Source: a virus
Taxonomy: Duplodnaviria > Caudoviricetes
DNA length: 32,529 nt
Direction: 5' to 3' (one strand)
IMG/VR virus record: IMGVR_UViG_3300032216_001428
Location: 1-32,529 of that record
Shown here in pieces: positions 15,929 to 24,621 of this stretch; position 1 is the stretch's first letter; each line of letters starts with the position of its first letter. Made by a program: the position numbers and the translations under genes. The notes beneath the pieces are model-generated. The model was not told where the DNA came from. It was given only the letters and a program-made list of their open reading frames with translations, and did no database searches.

Positions 15929-15989
15929 TAGTTCATTGACATTTCTAACTCCTTGTAAGCCCCAGCCTCCTACTGGGGCTCTTTTTTTT
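15927..15989 (+). ncRNA. Candidate trans-acting antisense small RNA 2 (~63 nt) complementary to the SprT-like gene RBS/start
   Basis: Own promoter and terminator. 15934-15956 is complementary to 14271-14290, and the terminator loop carries an anti-SD CCUCCU. Confidence 0.65.
15958..15989 (+). terminator. Intrinsic terminator
   Basis: agccccag-cctccta-ctggggct followed by C and T8. Confidence 0.9.
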
Positions 15990-16022
15990 ATTGAAATGTT
16001 AAAATACAATGAGGTGTCTATT

Positions 16023-16403
16023 ATGGAAGAACGAAAAATAAGAACATATACAAAAATAACTAATGATTTGAAAGCAGATATTATTGCTGGATTAATGGTT
16101 GGTTTAGGTGTATGCGAACTATCAAGAAAACACGGTATTGCTAAAAGTGCTGTATCTAAAATAAAACAAGAGTTAGATGAAGACCAAAAAGCACTACTAC
16201 CTGAAAATGCTATTGATAGGATAGAGGATTTGCTTATTACAAGTTTGAAAGAACATTTAAAAGCAATAGAAACAATAGCAAAAGTAGGTCAAGATGAAAG
16301 ATATATCAGGACACAAAGCGCAGGACAGATTGCCGATTTACATCAACAACTTGTCAACTGGAGCGTTCAACTTCTCTCGGCAGCAAACCCAGATAGAGAA
16401 TAA
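16023..16403 (+). CDS. terS: Terminase small subunit (HTH-containing)
   Basis: N-terminal HTH (ELSRKHGIAKSAVSKI) then helical region, directly before terL. GAGGTG RBS supports the 16023 start. Confidence 0.7.
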   Translation: MEERKIRTYTKITNDLKADIIAGLMVGLGVCELSRKHGIAKSAVSKIKQELDEDQKALLPENAIDRIEDLLITSLKEHLKAIETIAKVGQDERYIRTQSAGQIADLHQQLVNWSVQLLSAANPDRE

Positions 16404-17721
16404 TGAAAAACAAAAAGAACATCCCCTTTATTTAGATTTTATTAAACAAACTTATCCTAAAACTTGGACTTTTCCACCACATATTATTAAAATAGCAGAA
16501 ACAATACAAGATTTTATTGATAATAAGTTTGATAGATTGTTAATAAAAATGCCACCAAGACATTCTAAAACTCAATCATCTACTATAAGACTTGCTGCTT
16601 ATATGATGGAAATGAACCCAGAAGATAATGTTTTGATTACTTCTTACAATGAAAGAATGGCTCGTAGATTTTCTCGTATGAGCAGAAACATTTATTCATC
16701 AAGAAATAATATAGATAGAAATAAAACTGCTGCTGATGAATGGCAAACATTAGATGGTGGTGTATGTATGGCAAGAGGTACAGGTAATGCTCCAACAGGT
16801 CAAGGTTTTTCTGTTTTATGTATTGATGACCCAGTAGCAAATAGAGAACAGGCTGAAAGTAAAACATATAGAGATAATGTATGGGATTGGTATACTTCTG
16901 ATTTATTAACAAGATTAGAGCCAGGTGGAAAAATACTTATTACTATGACACCTTGGAATGAAGATGATTTAAGTGTAAGAGCAGTAGAAGCAGAACCAGA
17001 TAAATGGCATATATTAGATTTACCTGCTATTTGTACTGAAAACGATGATATTATTGGCAGAAGTATTGGAGAAGCATTATGGCCAGAAAGATACAATATT
17101 GATGATTTATTACGCATAAAAAAGGTTATTGGAGATTATGCTTTTCAATCTCTTTATCAAGTAAATCCAACACCAAAAGAAGGTTCATTTATTAAAATAA
17201 ATAACCTTAACTTTATTGATGCAGAACCAAATAATCTTACAAAAATAGTTAGAAGTTGGGATTTAGCAGCCACAGAAGATGATGGAGACTATACTGCTGG
17301 CATAAAAATGGGAATAGATGCTAATAAAAATATTTATATTCTTGATGTTGTAAGGGGTCAATGGTCTCCTGATGTTAGAGATAAATACATTAAAAATACC
17401 GCTGATTTGGATGGTAGAATAAACATTACAATCCCAGAAGACCCAGGAGCAGCAGGTAAGTTTCAAGCACAGTATTTATTTAGAGTATTAGCAGGACATA
17501 ATATTACAAAAATAAAACCTACTGGAAAGAAAGAAATAAGAGCAGAAGGAATAGCATCTCAAATAAATGCTGGTAATGTTTATGTAGTAAAAGGGGCCTG
17601 GAATAGAGAGTTTATAGAAGAACTACGAACATTTCCATTAGGTAGGCACGATGACCAAGTTGATGCTATGTCAGATGCTTTTAGTCAGTTATTTGTTTTG
17701 AAGAAGTTTATGGCATATTGA
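16294..17721 (+). CDS. terL: Terminase large subunit (start uncertain)
   Basis: MPPRHSKT Walker A variant, LCIDDP Walker B, SWDLA nuclease motif and HDDQVDA C-terminal motif. Confidence 0.95.
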   Translation: MKDISGHKAQDRLPIYINNLSTGAFNFSRQQTQIENNEKQKEHPLYLDFIKQTYPKTWTFPPHIIKIAETIQDFIDNKFDRLLIKMPPRHSKTQSSTIRLAAYMMEMNPEDNVLITSYNERMARRFSRMSRNIYSSRNNIDRNKTAADEWQTLDGGVCMARGTGNAPTGQGFSVLCIDDPVANREQAESKTYRDNVWDWYTSDLLTRLEPGGKILITMTPWNEDDLSVRAVEAEPDKWHILDLPAICTENDDIIGRSIGEALWPERYNIDDLLRIKKVIGDYAFQSLYQVNPTPKEGSFIKINNLNFIDAEPNNLTKIVRSWDLAATEDDGDYTAGIKMGIDANKNIYILDVVRGQWSPDVRDKYIKNTADLDGRINITIPEDPGAAGKFQAQYLFRVLAGHNITKIKPTGKKEIRAEGIASQINAGNVYVVKGAWNREFIEELRTFPLGRHDDQVDAMSDAFSQLFVLKKFMAY

Positions 17722-17724
17722 GCA

Positions 17725-17737
17725 ACGATAAAATAAA
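17725..17737 (+). promoter_or_regulatory. Candidate late promoter motif ACGATAAAATA(A/C)A
   Basis: Also found at 22938 and 26788, each in an intergenic gap before a structural gene. Confidence 0.6.
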
Positions 17738-17761
17738 AAAGCAACCTACGAGGAAACATTT

Positions 17762-19387
17762 ATGGGATTTTTTGATTTTCTAAAACTTACAAGCGCTAAT
17801 AATAAAGAACAACTTCCGCCACCAAATCAATATCAAATGAGTACAGGTGGATTAGTTGGAAGAGGAAATGGAGATTTATTATCATTACTTCAAAAGAAAC
17901 TACCATCATCTAATAGAGATTGGGTAGCAGAAGCAGGAGATTTATCATTAAACTCTATTGTTGCTATTTGTACTCGCTGGTATTTAACTAACTTTTCCCA
18001 GGTTGCCTTTGTAGTTGCTAATAAAACATCTGGTCAAAAAGAAATCCAGATGAATGATATTACTGAACTATTAAAAGACCCAATGAATGGTAGTATTCCT
18101 CCTTCTATTGTATGGGGCAACTATATTCAGGATTATTTACTTCTTGGTAATGCTTATATTAGAAAAATCAGAGGTATTGGTAGTAGTGTTATTGCTCTTG
18201 AATATTTACCTGCTGATATGGTTAGACCTGTTGGAGATAGTAAAGTAGCAGTTCAATACTATATTTACACAGTTACAGGCCAAGAATATAGAATAGAAAA
18301 AGAAGATTTAATACATTGGCGCTTTGGGAGAGATACAACTGATATAAGATTAGGTAGAAGTCCTATAACATCGGTTTTGAGGGAAATAGCAGCAGACAAT
18401 CAAGCATCATCAACTGCTTATGGTCTTATTAAAAATGGGGCCCTGCCTTCTATGATTATTGGTCCTGATGCTAATGATAATGCTGTTGATATTAGCCCAG
18501 ATGATGCTAAAACAATCAAAAAGAGATTGAGAGAAGATTTTGCCTCTGATAATGCTGGTGGTATTGCTGTTTTATCTGGCGCTTATAAGATGGAAAGAGT
18601 ATCATTTAGTCCATCTGAACTTAACCTTTCAGAAATAAGAAGATTACCAGAAGAAAGAATACCTGCTGCCCTTGGTTTAAATGCTATGGTTTTAGGATTA
18701 GGAGCAGGTTTAGCACATTCTACTTATTCTAACTATGAACAAAGCCAATCTGCTGCGTGGACTGATGGAATGTTGCCTTTATTAGATAGTTTATGCGAAA
18801 TCTTATCTATTATGTTATTGCCAGAGTTTAATCCACAGACAGGCGATTATGTAGATTATGATGTATCTGATGTTAGAGCATTAGCAGAAGATGTTTATGC
18901 TAACTCTGATAGGGCAGGATTATTATATGAAAAAGGTGTCATTTCAAGAGCAGAAGCAAAAAGAATGATTAATCTTGAACCAATGCCAGAAGATGAAAAT
19001 ACTTACTATGGACAAGTAGCAGTAGACCAAAATGTTGCTAAAAGTATTGCAGAAGAGATTTTAAATACACCATTTCAACAACCATATAAAACCAATACAT
19101 ATTCAGTACCAGCAAATATTTATAATGATGTTAATAAAAACTATTATTCTTATGAATGTAGATATAAAAGTTATGCTTATAAAGTTGTACATTCAGCACT
19201 AACTCAACAAGATATTTTAGAACTCAATCATTTACTCTATGATTTAGAAGAGATAGATGCTTATAGTTTTAAATATTTAGGCGGAAATAATATGCTTGAT
19301 TGGACAAATACAATCAAAGAAGATTTATCATCATTTGGTATTGTTTTAATGGCTAAAAATACAGATATTACTTATGGCACAGAGTAG
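17762..19387 (+). CDS. HK97-family portal protein with C-terminal extension
   Basis: LLLGNAYI, LIHWR...G.SPI, KNGA.PS and GVISRAEAKR motifs; follows terL. Confidence 0.92.
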   Translation: MGFFDFLKLTSANNKEQLPPPNQYQMSTGGLVGRGNGDLLSLLQKKLPSSNRDWVAEAGDLSLNSIVAICTRWYLTNFSQVAFVVANKTSGQKEIQMNDITELLKDPMNGSIPPSIVWGNYIQDYLLLGNAYIRKIRGIGSSVIALEYLPADMVRPVGDSKVAVQYYIYTVTGQEYRIEKEDLIHWRFGRDTTDIRLGRSPITSVLREIAADNQASSTAYGLIKNGALPSMIIGPDANDNAVDISPDDAKTIKKRLREDFASDNAGGIAVLSGAYKMERVSFSPSELNLSEIRRLPEERIPAALGLNAMVLGLGAGLAHSTYSNYEQSQSAAWTDGMLPLLDSLCEILSIMLLPEFNPQTGDYVDYDVSDVRALAEDVYANSDRAGLLYEKGVISRAEAKRMINLEPMPEDENTYYGQVAVDQNVAKSIAEEILNTPFQQPYKTNTYSVPANIYNDVNKNYYSYECRYKSYAYKVVHSALTQQDILELNHLLYDLEEIDAYSFKYLGGNNMLDWTNTIKEDLSSFGIVLMAKNTDITYGTE

Positions 19388-20408
19388 ATTATATAAAAGC
19401 GCTAATAGATATAAAAAAAGATTAGCACAACTTGAAGAAAAAGCCCTGGCAGATATGAACAGGGCCTATTCTGCTTCAATGGCCTCTACTTTAAATGAAA
19501 TAAATAAACTTGAAATAAAAATATCAAAACTAATAGATAATGGAATGGATTTACCATCTATCTATAATGATATGAAAGATTTTTTTGATAACAGATTATC
19601 AGCAATAGAAAAGAAACTTAAAGATTTCTCTATCAATGCAGAAGAGATTACAACAGAAAGTCAAAAATCTGCTGTTAAGATAGGAAATGATTATGCACAA
19701 GATAATATTAAAGCATCTCTTGGTAAACCTCCAAAAGGGTATGAATATAATATCAATCTTCTTGATAGTGCTTCTATGGAGGAGTTTATTGGTTTTGCTT
19801 CCAATGGTAGTCCTCTTAATGATTTGTTTACAACTATACATTCTACTTATGGCACAGATATAACTAATATTATTTCAAATGGTATTGTTGCTGGTAAAAA
19901 TCCATTATTTATAGCAAGAGAAATAAGAACTGCTACAAATATGCCTTTATATAGAGCCAATACAATAGCAAGAACTGAAAATCATAGAGCAGCAAGAGCA
20001 TCAACAGTATCAGCTTATAAACAAAATCCTGACCTTATTAATGGTTATATAAGATTAGCAACAGGAGATAGTAGAACTTGTGCTGCTTGTTTTGCTTTAC
20101 ACGGAACTATTTATGAGTTAAATCAAATACTTCCAACTCATCCTAACTGTCGATGTGTTATTGTACCTAAAACTAAAACGTGGGCTGAAATAACTGGGGA
20201 TAATACAATAGAAGAAACATCTGATAAAATCCCATCAGCAGCACAACTTTTTAATAGATTGTCTGAAAAAGATAAAAAAAGAGTATTAGGTCCAGAGAGA
20301 TATAGTTTGTGGAAAGAAGGAAAACCATTAGATGCATTTGTTGGAATAAAACACGATGCTGATTGGGGACCTACAACAGTTATTAAACCATTAAGAGATA
20401 TAAGGTAA
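19374..20408 (+). CDS. Head morphogenesis protein (MuF / SPP1 gp7 family)
   Basis: RA.TIARTE, D.RTC..C..LHG and PTHPNCRC motifs. Confidence 0.92.
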   Translation: MAQSRLYKSANRYKKRLAQLEEKALADMNRAYSASMASTLNEINKLEIKISKLIDNGMDLPSIYNDMKDFFDNRLSAIEKKLKDFSINAEEITTESQKSAVKIGNDYAQDNIKASLGKPPKGYEYNINLLDSASMEEFIGFASNGSPLNDLFTTIHSTYGTDITNIISNGIVAGKNPLFIAREIRTATNMPLYRANTIARTENHRAARASTVSAYKQNPDLINGYIRLATGDSRTCAACFALHGTIYELNQILPTHPNCRCVIVPKTKTWAEITGDNTIEETSDKIPSAAQLFNRLSEKDKKRVLGPERYSLWKEGKPLDAFVGIKHDADWGPTTVIKPLRDIR

Positions 20409-20414
20409 ATAAAT

Positions 20415-21554
20415 ATGGAGCATCAATATTATTATTCTGGGTCTGAAATCAAAGCAACTGATAATGGTGTTGTTAAAGGTTATGCTATTAGATTTGGTAG
20501 TCCTTCCAATACAGACTTGGAAGCAGATTTTTTTACGCCTAATACTGATTTTGGTAGACCACTTAAAAAAGGCGATAAGTTTTCAATGAACTTATATTAC
20601 CACCACGGACAAGATAATACAATCAAAACTTATTCTATTGGAAGTGGTATTGCAACATATGATGATACAGGAATATGGTTTGAAGCACAGTTAAATATGG
20701 CTGACCAATATGCTCAAATGATAAATGAACTCGCAAAACAAGGAAAGTTAGGTTATTCTTCTGGTTCTGCTGGTCATTTAGTATCAAGAACTCAAAAAGG
20801 GGCCTCATTTGAAGTTAAATCTTGGCCCATTGCTGAAATATCCCTTACACCTACACCAGCGGAGAGTAGAAATAAAGTGTTTAAATCATTATCAGATTTT
20901 GTAGATGCGTGTTTTCCAATGAAACAATATTGTCCTGATTGTTCTATGAGTATGACACCAGATAATATGTGTATGTGTGCTCCAAAGAAAATGCTTTGTA
21001 AGATGTGTAATAAACCATCTATGAAAGAATGTTGCGATGAATGTGGTGGAGAAATGGGAGATGGTATGGATAATGAAGAACCAGTAATCTTACCAGAAGA
21101 CCCAACAATGTTAGTTGATACATTATTTGCTGGATATGAAGGCGATTTAGTATGCGAAAATATCCACGAACTTTATGAACTAATGTGCGAAGGATTATAT
21201 GTAGTTTTAGAGCAAGGTAAAGATATTTCTTATATTAATGCTCTTCTTGATGGTTTTTGTATGAGAGCCAAAAATGTAGCAGGAAATATTTATAATGCTG
21301 TTCCTGCTGAAATGGCTATGCTTAAATCAATGAAGAATGGTAAACCTAAAACTATTAGAGATTTAGAAAGAAAGATGCGAGATGTATTCGAACTTTCTAA
21401 CAACCAGGCAAAAGTGTTGTCTGGGATTGTATGGTCTCATTTACGAGATGTAGATGAAACACCAGCAAAAACATCAGAAACAGAAGAAAATAAGAAATCT
21501 GTTAATGAAGTAAAACAAGCATTACTCAAAAGAGCAATGTTAGATTTATTATAA
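20415..21554 (+). CDS. HK97-type prohead protease with Cys/Met-rich insert and scaffold-like tail
   Basis: VKGYAIRFG..D...D.F, YHH, G.SSG and EISLT.TPA motifs; lies before the capsid gene. Confidence 0.87.
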   Translation: MEHQYYYSGSEIKATDNGVVKGYAIRFGSPSNTDLEADFFTPNTDFGRPLKKGDKFSMNLYYHHGQDNTIKTYSIGSGIATYDDTGIWFEAQLNMADQYAQMINELAKQGKLGYSSGSAGHLVSRTQKGASFEVKSWPIAEISLTPTPAESRNKVFKSLSDFVDACFPMKQYCPDCSMSMTPDNMCMCAPKKMLCKMCNKPSMKECCDECGGEMGDGMDNEEPVILPEDPTMLVDTLFAGYEGDLVCENIHELYELMCEGLYVVLEQGKDISYINALLDGFCMRAKNVAGNIYNAVPAEMAMLKSMKNGKPKTIRDLERKMRDVFELSNNQAKVLSGIVWSHLRDVDETPAKTSETEENKKSVNEVKQALLKRAMLDLL

Positions 21555-21566
21555 GAGGATAAATAT

Positions 21567-22877
21567 ATGACAATCGAAGAACTCGAAGTCCTCAAAACTG
21601 AAAATGCTGTTAAGGCCAAAACAATCCTTGAAGCAGAAGATGGTGTCGTTGAGGACGCACAAAAGTTGTTAGACGAAAATACAAAAATCAATGAGAAGAT
21701 TGAAGCACTTAAAAGTGTAGAAACTCAACTTCTCCCTGTTGAAACAAAAAGTAAAGGTATTATTATGGAAAATACATCAAGTATTATTATGCCATTATCA
21801 GCAAACTCATATAAGAGTTTGCCATTTAGTGGCGAAACTGGTTATGAAAAAGCAAAGATGGCTTATGCTTTTGGAATGTTCGCTTTAAGTACAAGAGGAA
21901 ACAAAAAGGCTATTCAATGGCTTTCTGAAAATACTTCTTACAAAGCAGTCAATGAAACAACCAACAGTGCTGGTGGTTATATGGTTCCTGACGAACTTGT
22001 TGCTGAACTTATCTTTTTAAGAGAGCAATATGGTGTTGTTAGACAAAATGCTTCCATTAGAACAATGCATTCCGATACATTGTGGGTTCCAAAAAACTCT
22101 GCTTCTACAACTGCTTACTGGGTTGGAGAAAGTACTGCTATTACATCATCTCAACCAACATTTGATAGAGTTCAAGTGCTTGCGAAGAAACTTGGTATTC
22201 TTACACCTGTTTCATCAGAAGTTAATGAAGATAGTATTATTGAGGTCGGGACCCTGTTGGCACAAGATATGGCCTGGAAGTTTGCACAAGAAGAAGATAG
22301 AGTTTGTATGATTGGTTCTTCTGCTACTGCTACTGATGGTAATATCAACGGCTTTATTACTGAAAACTTGGGTGTTGCTTCCAACGTAGGTTCAGTCAGT
22401 GCTGCAACTGGTTCTGCTGCTAACTACAACGCTACTACTCTTGCTAACTTCCGAACTATGGTTGGTAAACTTCCATTGTATGCTGATAATCAAGATGCTA
22501 AATGGTATATGTCCAAAGCATTTTTTAATGATGTGGTATCGAACAGACTTGACGCATTATCTGGTAATGCTGCTCTTGATATTATGAACTTCCAATCAGG
22601 CAGACCAACTCTTTATGGCTATCCTGTTGTATATTCTCAACATCTTGCTAACACTGCTGCTGGTACTACTGGTACTGCTCTTTGTGCGCTTGCTAACCTT
22701 AAAACTGGTACAGTTCTTGGAGACCGCAGAAGTGTACAAATCAGTGTTTCAACTGATTACTTATTTAATACCGATGAGATTGTTTTCAAGGCTGTCGAGA
22801 GATTTGGATTTACCTGCCACGACCCAGGTACTTCATCTGCTGCTGGTTCAGTTATCGTTCTCAAAAGACTTACATAA
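21567..22877 (+). CDS. HK97-fold major capsid protein
   Basis: GGYMVP, AYWVGE, KKLG....S.E..EDS and LYGYPV motifs, with an N-terminal coiled-coil delta domain. Confidence 0.95.
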   Translation: MTIEELEVLKTENAVKAKTILEAEDGVVEDAQKLLDENTKINEKIEALKSVETQLLPVETKSKGIIMENTSSIIMPLSANSYKSLPFSGETGYEKAKMAYAFGMFALSTRGNKKAIQWLSENTSYKAVNETTNSAGGYMVPDELVAELIFLREQYGVVRQNASIRTMHSDTLWVPKNSASTTAYWVGESTAITSSQPTFDRVQVLAKKLGILTPVSSEVNEDSIIEVGTLLAQDMAWKFAQEEDRVCMIGSSATATDGNINGFITENLGVASNVGSVSAATGSAANYNATTLANFRTMVGKLPLYADNQDAKWYMSKAFFNDVVSNRLDALSGNAALDIMNFQSGRPTLYGYPVVYSQHLANTAAGTTGTALCALANLKTGTVLGDRRSVQISVSTDYLFNTDEIVFKAVERFGFTCHDPGTSSAAGSVIVLKRLT

Positions 22878-22900
22878 TCTTTCTGGTTTTTTATTCAACT

Positions 22901-22932
22901 GGGGCTTCCTTTATGGAGGCCCCTTTTATTTT
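22901..22932 (+). terminator. Intrinsic terminator after the capsid gene
   Basis: ggggcttcc-ttta-t-ggaggcccc followed by ttttatttt. Confidence 0.88.
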
Positions 22933-22937
22933 GTTAG

Positions 22938-22950
22938 ACGATAAAATAAA
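22938..22950 (+). promoter_or_regulatory. Candidate late promoter motif
   Basis: ACGATAAAATAAA directly after the capsid terminator. Confidence 0.6.
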
Positions 22951-22964
22951 ACAGCGAGGAAAAT

Positions 22965-23450
22965 ATGGCACTTACAAGAACACAAGCAATAGCACAACTT
23001 TCAAGTATGGTTCAAAGTACTGAATATCCAGAACTTAACTCTGATGAACTTGGAACTCTTATTGATACATATAAAAGGTCTTCTGATTGGGCAGCATCTA
23101 CTTCTTATGTTTATGGAGATATTGTTCAACCAGTAGTAAGAAATGGAAGATTATATCAATGTATTAGAGCAGGAACAAGTGGTGCTACAAATATATTTCC
23201 AGATTATTACACTAATGGAGCTATTGGTATTTTATATTTAGATAATACTATTAGTTGGGTAGATGCTGGACCTGCTAATGTTGAAGTTTATGATGTTCGT
23301 TCAGCAGTAAGAGCAGGATGGATATTAAAAGCAGCAAAAGTAGCCAACCTTATTTCCTCAAAAGATGGAAGCCAAGATATAAACCTTGAAGCATTACAAA
23401 AGCAGTTTTTATTAATGGCTGAAAAATATAGACCAGTGGTAATCTACTAA
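22965..23450 (+). CDS. Head-tail connector/adaptor with inserted CBM5/12-like module
   Basis: Position after the capsid gene, helical ends (LNSDEL..LI; YDV..A...GW..KA), and an internal W..ST.Y..GD.V...G.LY.C module. Confidence 0.65.
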   Translation: MALTRTQAIAQLSSMVQSTEYPELNSDELGTLIDTYKRSSDWAASTSYVYGDIVQPVVRNGRLYQCIRAGTSGATNIFPDYYTNGAIGILYLDNTISWVDAGPANVEVYDVRSAVRAGWILKAAKVANLISSKDGSQDINLEALQKQFLLMAEKYRPVVIY

Positions 23451-23451
23451 A

Positions 23452-23826
23452 ATGATAAATCAAAACCTATTAAATAAAATAAGAAATGTATCAGCTGCTT
23501 ATCATTTACCTGATATTGTTATTGTTTATAGAGCAATAACAGAAGTAGATGTTGCTGGTGGTATTACAACAGATGAAAGAGTTATTTACACAACTAATGC
23601 TCGTATTATTGCTAAAAATATGCAAGAAGAACAAACTGGTGGAGGTTTAGCATCAGCATCAAAATGGCAAGTTATTTTTCCAAATGATGTAGAAATAAGA
23701 CCCGATGATAAAATAAAAATAAAAGATGATGCTCTTGTAGAAAGATATTATTTAGTTATAGCATCTGATTATGGGCAAACAGAAGGCTTATTTACAACAG
23801 CAGACTTAATAGAACGTTGGAGTTAA
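23452..23826 (+). CDS. Head closure / stopper protein (SPP1 gp16-like)
   Basis: Position; D..GG and I.PDD.I....Y.V pattern. Confidence 0.7.
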   Translation: MINQNLLNKIRNVSAAYHLPDIVIVYRAITEVDVAGGITTDERVIYTTNARIIAKNMQEEQTGGGLASASKWQVIFPNDVEIRPDDKIKIKDDALVERYYLVIASDYGQTEGLFTTADLIERWS

Positions 23827-23830
23827 AATA

Positions 23831-24127
23831 ATGAATGTAGACCCTAATGTAATAAATGGAGTAATAGGTAATGCTATATTGGTCATCAGTACAATCGTCA
23901 TACCAGGATTTTTATTTTTCTCCAATATTTCCAAAAAGATAGATAATGTTTCATCCGATGTTAAAAATGTTAAAGATGATGTTTTTAAGATGAGCAGACA
24001 AATCGAAAAAATAGAAGGAAAGATTGAAAACAACGAACAAGCTGTAAATAAACTACATACAACAGTAGGAGTATTACAAGCCAAAGTAGAGATGTTGGAA
24101 AAAAGTAATGAAAAACATATCCATTAG
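23831..24127 (+). CDS. Single-TM coiled-coil membrane protein (holin/antiholin-like)
   Basis: N-terminal hydrophobic helix followed by a heptad coiled coil. Confidence 0.55.
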   Translation: MNVDPNVINGVIGNAILVISTIVIPGFLFFSNISKKIDNVSSDVKNVKDDVFKMSRQIEKIEGKIENNEQAVNKLHTTVGVLQAKVEMLEKSNEKHIH

Positions 24128-24356
24128 TAAAATGTTTATGGTGGTATTGATGGCATTTTTTCTTGCTTTTATTACTGACTTTGCTAATACATTTAGTCAT
24201 ACAAATCTACCAAATAATGCTACATTTAATGACTTTTATTTGGTTATTGAGATTGCTTTTGTATCATCTTTAAAATCAGGAATAAGCGCTATTTTAAGCA
24301 GTATTTTAGCCTATCTCGTAAATAATCAAAAAGGAGAAGGAATAGTAAATGGATAA
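24108..24356 (+). CDS. Putative two-TM holin
   Basis: 82 aa with two hydrophobic segments and a polar C-terminus. Confidence 0.5.
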   Translation: MKNISISKMFMVVLMAFFLAFITDFANTFSHTNLPNNATFNDFYLVIEIAFVSSLKSGISAILSSILAYLVNNQKGEGIVNG

Positions 24357-24621
24357 TGAATATTTTGATTTAGGTTTAGTATCTTATAATATTATGGCAG
24401 ATGGTAGAGTTTCAGTAGTATTTTCTGATAATGTTGGGCTTGAATATATAAATGAACTCTCATTAGACCAAGATTGTACGCAATATGATAATGAAGTCAT
24501 AGAAAACTTACGCAAATATATTGTATGTTATTGTGCTCATTTTGGTGGAGATATTCTTGAAGGTAAAAAACTTGTGTATGATTTATCAGAACCAAATGGT
24601 AATATTGTAAGGATTGTTTAA
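24349..24621 (+). CDS. Hypothetical acidic protein (90 aa)
   Basis: Overlap-coupled ORF with an AGGA RBS. Confidence 0.65.
   Translation: MDNEYFDLGLVSYNIMADGRVSVVFSDNVGLEYINELSLDQDCTQYDNEVIENLRKYIVCYCAHFGGDILEGKKLVYDLSEPNGNIVRIV

Noticed and set aside
15909-16022. N-terminal extension of TerS as given in the ORF track
   Set aside because: It runs through a promoter, the sRNA and a terminator, whereas ATG 16023 has a proper GAGGTG RBS.
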